A stretch of 61,869 nucleotides of DNA, the filler included. It is 5 parts of 5 records of this genome, joined end to end, with 100 filler letters (N's around TTAATTAATTAA, not from the genome) between each part and the next. Parts side by side here need not be neighbours in the genome. Positions count along the whole stretch, not along the records: positions 48,164 to 61,869 come from SRR2962707_1046; 4 more parts are not named here. One strand, 5' to 3'. The position numbers were made by a program, and so were the translations under genes. Position 1 is the first letter of the stretch, and each line of letters opens with the position of its first letter. Shown here in pieces: positions 52,160-61,869 of the stretch. The notes beneath the pieces were generated by a model. It saw only the letters and a list, made by a program, of their open reading frames with translations. It did no database searches and had not been told where the DNA came from.

Positions 52160-53644
52160 ATGTCCGAATTGATCGCTTTTCGTGAGCCTGACCAGACAGT
52201 CATTCAGCGTCGCCCTGCAATCATTGCCGACCTGGCAGGTTTGCTTCCCGAAAGCTGCTTGATCACCGAAGAGCGAGAGCTGGTGCCGTTTGATACTGAT
52301 GCTTTCGTGTCTTACCGGCGCATGCCTCTGGCCGTGGTCCTGCCCGAAACCACCGCCCAGGTCGCAGCTGTTCTGAAATACTGCAATGACAACGCCATTC
52401 CGGTGATCCCGCGCGGCGCTGGCACCTCGCTCTCCGGCGGAGCAATCCCCCAGGAAGATGCCATCGTCATCGGCGTGTCCAAGATGAATCGCATCCTCGA
52501 GGTTGATTTTCCCAACCGGGCCGCGGTCGTCCAGGCCGGTGTGACCAATATCTCGATCAGCGATGCTGTGGGTGCGGATGGCTTCTTTTATGCGCCCGAT
52601 CCCAGTTCGCAGCTCGCCTGCACCATCGGCGGCAATATCGGGATGAACTCCGGCGGCGCGCATTGCCTCAAATACGGCGTGACCACCAACAATCTGATGG
52701 GCGTCAGGATGGTGATGTTCGACGGCTCCATCGTCGACATTGGTGGCAAGGCACTGGATGCGGCCGGCTACGATCTGCTCGGCCTGATCTGCGGCTCCGA
52801 AGGCCAGCTGGGGATCGTCACCGAGGCAACCGTCAGGTTGATAGCCAAACCGGAAGGCGCCCGCCCGGTGCTCTTCGGTTTCGACAGCTCGGTCGCCGCA
52901 GGCGCTTGCGTGACCGATATCATCGGTTCGGGCATCATCCCGGTCGCCATCGAGTTCATGGACAAGCCGGCCATCGAGATCTGCGAGGCTTTCGCCCATG
53001 CTGGATATCCGATGGATGTCGAGGCGCTTCTGATCGTCGAGGTCGAGGGATCTGATGCCGAGATGGACGCCATGCTTGAGCGCATCATAGAGATTGCCCG
53101 CAAGCATGATGTCAAGACCATCAAGGAAAGCCAGTCGGCGACGGAAGCCGCACTCATCTGGAAAGGCCGGAAGTCAGCCTTTGGCGCCACCGGACGGATC
53201 GCGGACTATATCTGCATGGATGGTACGGTGCCGCTTGGGCAACTCTCCCATGTGCTGGCCAAGACAAGCGAGATTATTGATCGCTACGGTCTGCGGGTCG
53301 CCAATGTGTTTCATGCCGGCGACGGCAACATGCATCCGCTCATTCTGTTTGATGCCAATGATCCCGAGGAAAGTCTGAAAGCCGAGATGGCCGGCAACGA
53401 CATTCTCAAGCTTTGCGTTGATGCCGGTGGTTGCCTGACCGGCGAACATGGTGTCGGCATCGAAAAGCGCGATCTGATGCGGCATCAATATTCCGATGCC
53501 GATCTGGCTCAGCAAATGCGGGTGCGCGCCGCCTTCGATCCGCAATGGATTCTCAATCCCTCCAAGGTGTTTCCGCTCGACCGACGAAACGGCAGTCAGC
53601 CCGGCAACCAGAGTGACCTTGAAGCAGGAAAGACAGCAGCATGA
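52160..53644 (+). CDS. glcD: Glycolate oxidase FAD subunit
   Basis: RGAGTSLSGG, PDPSS, NSGGAHCLKYG, HAGDGNMHP, GEHGVG. Confidence 0.92.
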   Translation: MSELIAFREPDQTVIQRRPAIIADLAGLLPESCLITEERELVPFDTDAFVSYRRMPLAVVLPETTAQVAAVLKYCNDNAIPVIPRGAGTSLSGGAIPQEDAIVIGVSKMNRILEVDFPNRAAVVQAGVTNISISDAVGADGFFYAPDPSSQLACTIGGNIGMNSGGAHCLKYGVTTNNLMGVRMVMFDGSIVDIGGKALDAAGYDLLGLICGSEGQLGIVTEATVRLIAKPEGARPVLFGFDSSVAAGACVTDIIGSGIIPVAIEFMDKPAIEICEAFAHAGYPMDVEALLIVEVEGSDAEMDAMLERIIEIARKHDVKTIKESQSATEAALIWKGRKSAFGATGRIADYICMDGTVPLGQLSHVLAKTSEIIDRYGLRVANVFHAGDGNMHPLILFDANDPEESLKAEMAGNDILKLCVDAGGCLTGEHGVGIEKRDLMRHQYSDADLAQQMRVRAAFDPQWILNPSKVFPLDRRNGSQPGNQSDLEAGKTAA

Positions 53645-54858
53645 GCGCGGTCGATATCAAGTACCCCGAGACCGAGGAAGAGGTCGCGCGCCTTGTCACC
53701 GAGGCAAACGCTTCCAGCCGACCGATCGAGGTGAGGGGCGGCGGCACCAAGCTGGGCCTCGGCCGGCCTTCGCAATCGGCTTCTGCGCTGTCAGTGGTGA
53801 AGCTGTCCGGAATCACCAACTACGACCCGTCAGAACTGGTAATGGCTGCGCGTGCAGGCACTCCGCTCGCCGAGATCGAGGCGGCGCTGGCCGCCAACAA
53901 TCAGATGCTGACCTTCGAGCCGATGGATCATCGTCCGCTCCTGGGGGCTGCCGGCGAACCAACCATCGGCGGCGTGTTCGCCGCAAACGCCTCGGGCCCG
54001 CGGCGAATATCAGCCGGGGCTGCGCGTGACAATTTGCTCGGCGTTCGCTTCGTCAACGGCTCGGGGGAAATCATCAAAAGCGGCGGCCGGGTGATGAAGA
54101 ATGTCACCGGCCTCGATCTGGTCAAACTGATGGCAGGTTCCTGGGGCACCCTCGGGATCATGTGCGAGGTCACTTTCAAGGTCCTGCCACGGCCGGAAAC
54201 GGCGGTGACAATTGTTGTCTCCGGACTCAATGATGCCGAGGCGGCCGAAGCGATGGCGGCAGCGCTTTCCATGTCGGTGGAAGTGTCGGGCGCGGCGCAT
54301 CTGCCCGAAAGTGTCATTCACAAATTTGCCGGCGGCAGCCTCAAGGGTGGCCCCGCGACAGTTCTAAGGCTCGAAGGCCTCAAGCCTTCCGTTGACGTTC
54401 GCACCGAGCGGCTGGTTGCGGAGATGAGCCGCCGCGGGACAGTGTCGATTCTGGACGGTCAGCAGTCAGCCGATCTCTGGCGCGATGTTCGCGACGTCGC
54501 ACCCTTTGCGGATGGAACCATGAAGCCAGTCTGGCGGGTGTCGGTCGCGCCATCGGCCGGCCATCAGTTGGTTGCCGCCTTGCGGCTCAAAACCGGTGTT
54601 GATGCCTTCTATGACTGGCAGGGCGGGTTGGTCTGGCTCCGTATGGAAGCCGATCCAGAGGCGGATCTTGTCCGTAAATACATCAAGGTGGTCGGCGGCG
54701 GCCATGCGACGCTGGTTAGGGCTGATGCGGCAACACGTGCATCCGTGCCGGTGTTCGAACCGCAGCCCATACCGCTGGAAGCCCTGTCACGCCGCATCAA
54801 GGATCAGTTTGATCCGTCAGGCGTGCTCAACCCGGGCCGCATGACCGCAGGAATGTGA
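53641..54858 (+). CDS. glcE: Glycolate oxidase FAD-binding subunit
   Basis: GGGTK, SGPRR, GGRVMKNVTGLD, FDP..LNPGR. Confidence 0.92.
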   Translation: MSAVDIKYPETEEEVARLVTEANASSRPIEVRGGGTKLGLGRPSQSASALSVVKLSGITNYDPSELVMAARAGTPLAEIEAALAANNQMLTFEPMDHRPLLGAAGEPTIGGVFAANASGPRRISAGAARDNLLGVRFVNGSGEIIKSGGRVMKNVTGLDLVKLMAGSWGTLGIMCEVTFKVLPRPETAVTIVVSGLNDAEAAEAMAAALSMSVEVSGAAHLPESVIHKFAGGSLKGGPATVLRLEGLKPSVDVRTERLVAEMSRRGTVSILDGQQSADLWRDVRDVAPFADGTMKPVWRVSVAPSAGHQLVAALRLKTGVDAFYDWQGGLVWLRMEADPEADLVRKYIKVVGGGHATLVRADAATRASVPVFEPQPIPLEALSRRIKDQFDPSGVLNPGRMTAGM

Positions 54859-54895
54859 ACCTATCGCAAATCTTTTCAAAATGAGGAGCAGGCAA

Positions 54896-55273
54896 ATGAG
54901 CAATCCGGATCAAGCCCCTGAACCGCGCCAGACCGACCGCTGGCTCGAACCCGGCAAGACCAATCTCCAGGTGATTTATGTCCTGTATCTGGCGAGCTTC
55001 GTCATCGGCATCACCGGCATTGTCGGCATCGTGCTGGCCCATCTCAACCGTGGCAAGTCGGACGCCTGGCTCGAAAGCCATTACACCTGGGCGATCCGCA
55101 CCTTCTGGCTCGGCCTGCTTGGCGCGCTTGTGAGCGGACTGTTGATGATTGTCATGATCGGCATGCTGCTGATGCCTCTGGTGGCCCTCTGGATCATCAT
55201 ACGCACCATCGTCGGGCTGCAGAAACTCGGCCGCAACGAGCCCATCGCCAATCCGCAAAGCTGGTTGCTCTGA
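54896..55273 (+). CDS. DUF4870-like small membrane protein
   Basis: IYVLYL, ESHY.W.IRTFW, W.I.R...G. Confidence 0.75.
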   Translation: MSNPDQAPEPRQTDRWLEPGKTNLQVIYVLYLASFVIGITGIVGIVLAHLNRGKSDAWLESHYTWAIRTFWLGLLGALVSGLLMIVMIGMLLMPLVALWIIIRTIVGLQKLGRNEPIANPQSWLL

Positions 55274-55358
55274 GAGCTTCCGGCCCAAGCCGCGCGACCG
55301 GTGTGCCGGGGCTCCACCTGGCTCACCACCTACCTGAGACTTCCGAGGACACCGCGAC

Positions 55359-56693
55359 ATGCAGACCAATTTCACCGCCGAGCAGCTCAAGGACCCCGGC
55401 GTCGCTGAATCCGAAAAGATTCTCAGAAAATGCGTGCATTGCGGCTTCTGCACCGCCACCTGTCCGACCTATGTGACGCTCGGCAATGAGCTCGACAGCC
55501 CGCGTGGCCGTATCTACCTGATCAAGGACATGCTGGAGAACAATCGCCCCGCCGATGAGAAGGTGGTCACCCATATCGACCGCTGCCTGTCGTGCCTGTC
55601 CTGCATGACCACTTGCCCCTCCGGCGTCAATTACATGCATCTGGTCGATCATGCCCGCGCCCATATCGAAAAGACCTACAAGCGGCCCTTGATGAACCGC
55701 ATCACCCGTGGCCTTCTGGCCATGGTGCTGCCCTATCCCGGACGCTTCCGCGCCTCGCTCTATGCAGCCCGCCTTGGCCGGCCCTTCGTGCCGCTGTTCA
55801 GGGCGCTGCCGGGAATGAAGCCGATGGCAGCGATGCTGGAGCTTGCTCCGGCCTCCGTGCCGGAGCCTTCAAAGTTCGCCAAACCCGGCTCACATCCCGG
55901 CAGCGGGCAAAAGCGGGGCCGCGTTGCCATTCTGACCGGATGCGCCCAGCCGGTGCTCAAGCCCGGCATCAACGAGGCGACAATCCGCCTGTTGAACCGC
56001 ATCGGGATCGAAGTGGTGGTGCCCGAAGGCGAGGGTTGTTGTGGCGCGCTGGTGCATCACATGGGCCGCGAGCACGATGCGCTTGATGCGGCGCGCAACA
56101 ATGTCGACGCCTGGACTCGGGCCATCGACAATGGCGGACTTGATGCGATCATCATCACCGCATCCGGTTGCGGCACGACGATCAAGGACTACGGTTACAT
56201 GCTGCGCGAAGATCCCGCCTATGCGCAAAAGGCTGCGCGTGTTTCGGAACTGGCCAAGGATATCACCGAATATCTCGCCAGCATCGAAATGCCGGCACCG
56301 GTCAATGGCGCCAACCTGGTCGTGGCCTATCATTCCGCCTGCTCAATGCAGCACGGCCAGAAGATCACCGTGCAGCCCAAGGCCTTGCTCAAGGCTGCCG
56401 GCTTTACGGTCAAGGATCCGCCCGAGGGGCACCTGTGCTGCGGCTCGGCCGGCACTTATAACATCATGCAGCCCGAGATCGCCCGCACGCTGCGCGACCG
56501 CAAGGTCAAGAACATCGAGCGCACCAGGCCGGACCTGATCGCCACCGGTAATATCGGCTGCATGACCCAGATCGCCGGCGGAACCGATATTCCGATCATC
56601 CACACGGTGGAATTGCTCGACTGGGTCTATGGCGGCGAAAAGCCTGCGGGGCTGCCCGCGGCCAAAGCCGTGAGGCTGGAAGCGGCCGAGTAA
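55359..56693 (+). CDS. glcF: Glycolate oxidase Fe-S subunit
   Basis: CVHCGFCTATCP, CLSCLSCMTTCP, CCG domains. Confidence 0.93.
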   Translation: MQTNFTAEQLKDPGVAESEKILRKCVHCGFCTATCPTYVTLGNELDSPRGRIYLIKDMLENNRPADEKVVTHIDRCLSCLSCMTTCPSGVNYMHLVDHARAHIEKTYKRPLMNRITRGLLAMVLPYPGRFRASLYAARLGRPFVPLFRALPGMKPMAAMLELAPASVPEPSKFAKPGSHPGSGQKRGRVAILTGCAQPVLKPGINEATIRLLNRIGIEVVVPEGEGCCGALVHHMGREHDALDAARNNVDAWTRAIDNGGLDAIIITASGCGTTIKDYGYMLREDPAYAQKAARVSELAKDITEYLASIEMPAPVNGANLVVAYHSACSMQHGQKITVQPKALLKAAGFTVKDPPEGHLCCGSAGTYNIMQPEIARTLRDRKVKNIERTRPDLIATGNIGCMTQIAGGTDIPIIHTVELLDWVYGGEKPAGLPAAKAVRLEAAE

Positions 56694-56711
56694 CCGCTGA
56701 TCCTTCGGCAG

Positions 56712-56744
56712 CAAAAAGGCAGCGCCTGAAAACGCTGCCTTTTG
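56712..56744. terminator. Bidirectional intrinsic terminator
   Basis: AAAAGGCAGCG/CGCTGCCTTTT stem between convergent genes. Confidence 0.75.
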
Positions 56745-56779
56745 ATATTTTTTCGGTTGGCGGACAATAAACCGTCTGC

Positions 56780-57493
56780 TCAGCCGCCGCCGAACAAGGT
56801 GCCGAAGAAGTCCATGCCGCGATCGGTGTAGAGCTTCTCGGAGCCCTTGCCCTTGGGGCCGATGACAATCACCTTGGAGCCGATATCGGCGCGGCTATAG
56901 AGGTGCTCGACATCCTTGTTCATCATCCGGATGCAGCCCGACGACATGTTCTGCCCGATGGTCCAGGGCTGTGTGGTGCCGTGAATGCGGAAGATCGTGT
57001 CGCGTCCGCCCTTGTAGAGATACAGCGCGCGTGCGCCCAGCGGATTGTTGGGGCCGCCTTTCATATAGGCCGGCAAATTGCGGCCTTTTCTGCGCTCACG
57101 CGCAATCATGCTGGCCGGTGGAGTCCAGCCCGGCCATTCGGCCTTGCGGCCCACTTTGACAGTGCCTGACCAGCCGAAACCATCGCGTCCGACGCCGACG
57201 CCATAGCGGGTCGCGCGGTTCTTGCCTTCGACGTAATAAAGATACTTGGTGTTGGTATCGACAATGATGGTGCCGGGCTTCTCATCCGTGTGGAGCCGCA
57301 CTTTCTTGCGCATGAATTCCGGTTTCGGCTTTTTCGATTGCGCGACCTGAACCACCGGCAATGCGGCTTGTGATGCCGCCGGCGTCGCCGAACGCGGCAT
57401 TGCGGATGCATCCGGCAGAGCTGGTGCAATCAGCAGCGCCAGTGCGCCGGCCGCGATGACGGCTAATCGGGTTGAAAAGCGTGGCAGTGTCAT
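56780..57493 (-). CDS. L,D-transpeptidase (YkuD family)
   Basis: NPLGARALYL, RIHGT, SSGCIRM. Confidence 0.92.
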   Translation of the reverse strand: MTLPRFSTRLAVIAAGALALLIAPALPDASAMPRSATPAASQAALPVVQVAQSKKPKPEFMRKKVRLHTDEKPGTIIVDTNTKYLYYVEGKNRATRYGVGVGRDGFGWSGTVKVGRKAEWPGWTPPASMIARERRKGRNLPAYMKGGPNNPLGARALYLYKGGRDTIFRIHGTTQPWTIGQNMSSGCIRMMNKDVEHLYSRADIGSKVIVIGPKGKGSEKLYTDRGMDFFGTLFGGG

Positions 57494-57773
57494 GGTGTCC
57501 CCTCGTTTTTGTTTCGGCCCTTGAGCGCAAAGGTACCATCGATTACGCGGTGATCAACCTTTCACACGGGAGAAAACAGGCCTTGGGGGCAGGGGTACGG
57601 TTCGGCGTTGTCGCATGAATATATGCGAACATTCATGTGTGTGAATCATATCAACGTCTTACAGGGTGGTGCCAGAGACTTTGGTCATGACTGCGGAACT
57701 GCAGAGACGAAAAACCCGGCGCAGGTGAGGCGCCGGGCCGGGTTCGCTGAGAGGCTGAAAAATCAACCTGTGA

Positions 57774-58541
57774 TTACATCACGATAACCTTGGCGCCAAC
57801 CTTGACGCGTTCATAGAGTTCGGTGACGTCTTCGTTGCGCATCCGGATACAGCCCGACGAGACCGCCTTGCCGATGGTCCAGGGCTGGTTGGTGCCGTGA
57901 ATCCGGTAAAGCGTCGAGCCCAGATAGAGCGCCCGCGCCCCGAGTGGATTTGCAGGCCCGCCTTCCATGTGTGCAGGCAGGATCCGGCCTTCCTTCTCAC
58001 GCACTCGCTTGATCATTTCCGCCGGCGGCGTCCAGCCCGGCCATTCGGCCTTTCTGGTGATTTTCTCGGTGCCTTTCCAGGCATGACCTTCCTTGCCGAC
58101 GCCAACGCCATAGCGGCGTGCCTGGCCATTGCCGAGGACAAAATAGAGATGCCGCTCGCTTGCGTTGATAATGATGGTGCCGGGCTTGTGGTTACCGTCA
58201 TAGGACACCGTTTGCGGCAGGAACCGCTGATCGATTTGAGGGGTGGGAGCCGCTTTCACGCGCGGTGCGGCGAGTGAAACATTGGTCACCTGGCGTCGCT
58301 GGGTACGCAGTGTGCGCGGTTGTGCAGCGACCGAACGCACGGCTCTCGGCTGGCTCCGGTACACAACGCCACCGCGGGGCGCCGCCTGGCCGCTGAGTTG
58401 CAACACCCAGGGAGCGGTCAGATCAGGGCTCAACACGACGGGCGGACGTTGCCCATAGCGGTCGCCGGCACTGGCCGGAGCGGAAAATGCGGCAAGGCTC
58501 ATCGCCGCGCCGGACATCAGAAGGAGAGCAAGTTGTTTCAT
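57774..58541 (-). CDS. L,D-transpeptidase (YkuD family)
   Basis: Signal peptide, NPLGARALYL, RIHGT, SSGCIRM. Confidence 0.92.
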   Translation of the reverse strand: MKQLALLLMSGAAMSLAAFSAPASAGDRYGQRPPVVLSPDLTAPWVLQLSGQAAPRGGVVYRSQPRAVRSVAAQPRTLRTQRRQVTNVSLAAPRVKAAPTPQIDQRFLPQTVSYDGNHKPGTIIINASERHLYFVLGNGQARRYGVGVGKEGHAWKGTEKITRKAEWPGWTPPAEMIKRVREKEGRILPAHMEGGPANPLGARALYLGSTLYRIHGTNQPWTIGKAVSSGCIRMRNEDVTELYERVKVGAKVIVM

Positions 58542-58781
58542 CGGACGCACCAAATACCTTTCGTCTGAACATGACAGTCCGCCATCGTGCGAAGTGCGCG
58601 GATGGATCTGTCTTCCTGGTTCCATGCTGCGGTACCGGTGCAATCAATTGGTGAATCCACGCCCGTAAAAAGCCGGTTTTGCCCGAAACCTCCTCTTAGG
58701 GTTATCGCCGCCTTGCCAAACGCGGTGAACGACCGCTTAATTGCCGCCGATTCCCGATTAACCATGACGAAGAGCAGCACA

Positions 58782-59417
58782 ATGGCGCATGAAAACGGCC
58801 TGATCACAGGTGAGGACGGCCGCACCCGCTGCTTCTGGCCGAGCAATCTGCCTGACTATCTGGCCTATCATGATGCCGAATGGGGCCGGCCGGTGACTGA
58901 TGATGTCCGGCTGTTCGAGAAGATTTGCCTGGAGGGTTTCCAGGCAGGGCTGTCGTGGCTGACCATCCTGCGCAAGCGCGAAAATTTCCGTGCCGGGTTC
59001 GCCGGTTTTGACTTCCGCAAGGTCGCGCTCTTCGATGACGCCGACATCGAGAGGCTGGTTGCTGACAAGGGCATCATCCGGCATCGTGGCAAGATTGTCT
59101 CGACCATCAACAATGCCAATCGCGCCATCGAGATGGTCAACGAATTCGGCTCGCTTGCCGCTTATTTCTGGGGCCATGAACCCTCAGCCGACGAACGTCC
59201 GGCAACAGTCGATTACACCACGTTGACCGCCAACCCGACGACAGCGGTGTCGACCCGCATCTCCAAGGATCTGAAAAAACGCGGCTGGAGTTTTGTTGGT
59301 CCGACCACCGTTTATGCCTTCATGCAGGCCATGGGGCTGGTCAATGATCATCTTGAAGGCTGTTGTTGCAGGCAAGAGGTCGAAGCCCTGCGCTCGGCGC
59401 TTGTGCGTCCGACATGA
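58782..59417 (+). CDS. tag: DNA-3-methyladenine glycosylase I
   Basis: YHDAEWG, LEGFQAGLSW, FVGPTTVYAFMQAMGLVNDH. Confidence 0.92.
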   Translation: MAHENGLITGEDGRTRCFWPSNLPDYLAYHDAEWGRPVTDDVRLFEKICLEGFQAGLSWLTILRKRENFRAGFAGFDFRKVALFDDADIERLVADKGIIRHRGKIVSTINNANRAIEMVNEFGSLAAYFWGHEPSADERPATVDYTTLTANPTTAVSTRISKDLKKRGWSFVGPTTVYAFMQAMGLVNDHLEGCCCRQEVEALRSALVRPT

Positions 59418-59758
59418 CGCCCGATCAGCTCAAGGCGCTGATCTGCCAGGTCGCCGCTGCCAAGCCGGAGATCGGCCCGCTTGAAGAGAGCCTGAAATGG
59501 GGTGAGCAGAGCTTCACCCCGGCCAAGCGCAATATCGGCAGTTCGGTGAGAATTCAGCCGCGTGCCGATGGCGATGCGGCACTGATGTTCATCTGTCACA
59601 CCAATCTGGTCGAAGAGTTCCGCGGGCTTTACCCGGATGCGCTGAGATATGAAGGCAACCGCGCCATCGTGCTGAGCGGAGAGGATGAGCCCGACCGCGA
59701 GGCGCTGTCCCACTGCATCGCGCTGGCGCTCACCTACAAATTGCGCAACAAGCGCTAA
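59414..59758 (+). CDS. DUF1801-like protein
   Basis: EESLKWGEQSF, FICHTNLVE.FR, GNRAI, ALALTY. Confidence 0.7.
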   Translation: MTPDQLKALICQVAAAKPEIGPLEESLKWGEQSFTPAKRNIGSSVRIQPRADGDAALMFICHTNLVEEFRGLYPDALRYEGNRAIVLSGEDEPDREALSHCIALALTYKLRNKR

Positions 59759-60639
59759 CCCAATTGCCTTCGCGTGCGGCGCTGCTTAGCGATGATGGCC
59801 ACGGCCACACCACCGAGGATAAACAGCGACGAGACGACCAGTCGCAACGTCCAGCCTTCAGCCAGAAACAGCGTGCCGCCGGCTGCTGCGATCACCGGCA
59901 CAGTCAATTGCACGATTGCGCCATGGGTGGCGCCGATCTGCTTGAGCACCCGATACCACAAGGCATAGCCGAGACCAGACGTAACAGCACCTGAAAGCAT
60001 GGCCAACACTAGGCCCCGGCCACTTGTGTGTGTGGTGTATCCCGCAGCCACGACAAGCAGTCCCAATGGAATGAGGAACACCAGCGATCGCATGAAATTG
60101 TCAGCCGTCGCCTTGAGCGGATCGGGCAGCCCCCGGCCGCGCAGTGAGTAGACACCCCAGGCGATGCCCGAAAGCGCCATCAGAGTTGCGGCCCACGGGT
60201 CGGGCGCTGACAGGCCGGGCGAGACCAGCCAGATGAATGCGCCGAACGCGGTAATCAGGCCGACCCATTCCAGTTCGGATGGCCGGTCCCCTTCCTTGAG
60301 CGCCCAGCCGATCATCGTGGCCTGTACGCAGGCAAACAGGATCAGCGCGCCAATGCCGGTGTCGAGCGCCACATAGGCGTAGGAAAACGCTACTGCATAG
60401 GCAAACAGCGCCAACGCTGATGTCCAGGAACCGGATTGAAACCTCGGTGAGCGGGTGCTGCCCGATCCGGTAAGCGCCACCATCAGCGCCAGCATCAGCG
60501 CGCCGCTCATCAGCCGCACCGCGGAATAGCTGGCCGGGTCGATCAACGGCAGCTCGCCTGATCCGATCGCCATGCGTCCGAGCACCGAATTGGCGGCAAA
60601 TGCGATCATGGTCAGGGTGGTTATCAGGATAAGGCGCAA
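59755..60639 (-). CDS. DMT/EamA family transporter
   Basis: AFAANS, about 10 TM segments, GYALWY, QLTVPV. Confidence 0.88.
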   Translation of the reverse strand: MRLILITTLTMIAFAANSVLGRMAIGSGELPLIDPASYSAVRLMSGALMLALMVALTGSGSTRSPRFQSGSWTSALALFAYAVAFSYAYVALDTGIGALILFACVQATMIGWALKEGDRPSELEWVGLITAFGAFIWLVSPGLSAPDPWAATLMALSGIAWGVYSLRGRGLPDPLKATADNFMRSLVFLIPLGLLVVAAGYTTHTSGRGLVLAMLSGAVTSGLGYALWYRVLKQIGATHGAIVQLTVPVIAAAGGTLFLAEGWTLRLVVSSLFILGGVAVAIIAKQRRTRRQLG

Positions 60640-60832
60640 GGGAGAGGGACTTTCATCAGGGTAAATGCAACCGTCGGTATTCCCACCCTATCGCCGGTCC
60701 TGTATGGTTTGTCGACTACCCCAGTCCCATCTGCCGGTCACACCTTCGCGAGTGGGAAGGTGCGGAACCATCCATGGCGCCCGGCGTTGAAGCACTGAAG
60801 GGACACTTTTGGTTCAACTTGAGGAGTAGCAA

Positions 60833-61336
60833 ATGCTGAAAACACTGATGAAGACCATGATATCGGCTTCGTTTTGCCTGGCTGCCATTGCACCGGCAAG
60901 CGCCGCGCCGATGATGCGTCAGATGCCTGCTGTTCAGATGTCGGGCTCGTCCAATTTGGTGGTGCCGGTTGAAAGCGGCAAGCACCGCAACCTGTTGGAC
61001 CGCGAATACAGGCGTGGTAAAATATACCCCGAAAACAGGCGCGGTTTCTACCGGCACAACAATCGCGGTTATTACAATGGTCACCGCGGGTTCCGCAACA
61101 AGCGTCCCGGCTACCGCCGCCACAATGGCTTGTGGTTTCCGCCTGCTGCCTTCGCGCTCGGCGTGATCATCGGCGGTGGACACAACAACTATAATTCCGG
61201 TGGTGTCCGTCCCGGCTACAGCAACCCGCAACATGTGCGCTGGTGTGACCGCAAATATCGCTCGTATCGTGCACGGGACAATTCGTTCCAGCCTTACCAC
61301 GGTCCGCGCCGGGAATGCCGTTCGCCTTACTATTGA
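60833..61336 (+). CDS. BA14K family protein
   Basis: Signal peptide, Arg/Gly-rich middle, [12 protein letters not shown]...[11 protein letters not shown]. Confidence 0.88.
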   Translation: MLKTLMKTMISASFCLAAIAPASAAPMMRQMPAVQMSGSSNLVVPVESGKHRNLLDREYRRGKIYPENRRGFYRHNNRGYYNGHRGFRNKRPGYRRHNGLWFPPAAFALGVIIGGGHNNYNSGGVRPGYSNPQHVRWCDRKYRSYRARDNSFQPYHGPRRECRSPYY

Positions 61337-61461
61337 GGCGCGCGCACAAGCACAAGTTCGGGTGAGGGGCATGTCTGAACCTCACCCAAGCCTTGCAGCA
61401 AAAGGGCCTGTCGGTTAGGAGAAGCGCAACAAAACGTTTCTCCTTCCGCAGGCCCTTTTCA

Positions 61462-61869
61462 ATGTCCGACAAGAAGCAAAAGAAGCCCCAGAAACTCAAG
61501 GCCCGTCTGGCGCGCGGTTTTCCCGACCGCTCCTCGGCTGATATTCGCGCCACCGATCAGATGATGGCCAAGATCAGAACCGTCTACGAGCGCTTTGGCT
61601 TCGAGCCTGTGGAAACGCCATTCGTCGAATACACCGATGCGCTGGGCAAGTTCCTGCCCGATTCCGACCGCCCCAATGAGGGCGTGTTCTCGTTTCAGGA
61701 TGATGACGATCAGTGGCTGAGCCTGCGCTATGATCTGACGGCACCTTTGGCCCGTCATGTCGCCGAGAACTTCAACGACATCCAGCTGCCCTACCGCACC
61801 TATCGCGCCGGCTGGGTATTCCGCAACGAAAAGCCCGGTCCCGGCCGCTTCCGCCAGTTCATGCAGTTC
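61462..61869 (+). CDS. hisS: Histidine-tRNA ligase (3'-truncated)
   Basis: [39 protein letters not shown]. Confidence 0.93.
   Translation, partial: MSDKKQKKPQKLKARLARGFPDRSSADIRATDQMMAKIRTVYERFGFEPVETPFVEYTDALGKFLPDSDRPNEGVFSFQDDDDQWLSLRYDLTAPLARHVAENFNDIQLPYRTYRAGWVFRNEKPGPGRFRQFMQF

Noticed and set aside
53620-56693. Ala-Ala-type C-termini of host GlcD (KTAA) and GlcF (EAAE) as degron mimics
   Set aside because: Such ends are common in Alphaproteobacteria and lack the NDN element; they also show that terminal AA alone is weak evidence
56780-58541. Tandem L,D-transpeptidases as a novel system
   Set aside because: Multiple YkuD paralogues are ordinary in Rhizobiales

Overview
The window joins five unrelated contigs with N/TTAATTAATTAA linkers. 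(1) 1-25626, alphaproteobacterium (Hyphomicrobiales-like). An 18.3-kb element is integrated at a tRNA-Ser 3' end between 24-bp att repeats. It carries a tyrosine integrase, an EcoRI-family methyltransferase + DUF262-HNH pair, and a tightly coupled but reshuffled HK97-type head/neck/packaging operon with a tape measure and two tail-chaperone-like genes. I see no tail tube, tail tip, lysis or replication gene. It also has small regulators, a long inverted repeat and a GNAT-like two-gene cassette. Host MipA, murQ/nag and SDR genes follow. (2) 25727-32955, eukaryotic, one giant Cys/Thr-rich repeat-protein ORF. (3) 33056-39653, eukaryotic, intron-rich DDX11/Chl1-like helicase and a BT1-family transporter. 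(4) 39754-48063, Marinobacter-like housekeeping DNA. (5) 48164-61869, Rhizobiales-like lut/glc cluster, L,D-transpeptidases, tag and hisS. The best candidate for an undescribed system is the element in contig 1: a capsid-forming, satellite-like island. Its capsid, terminase and tape measure carry AANDN, the start of the alphaproteobacterial tmRNA (SsrA) degradation tag, and its portal ends in a 14-residue tag mimic. Family calls come from motif recognition only; no searches were run.
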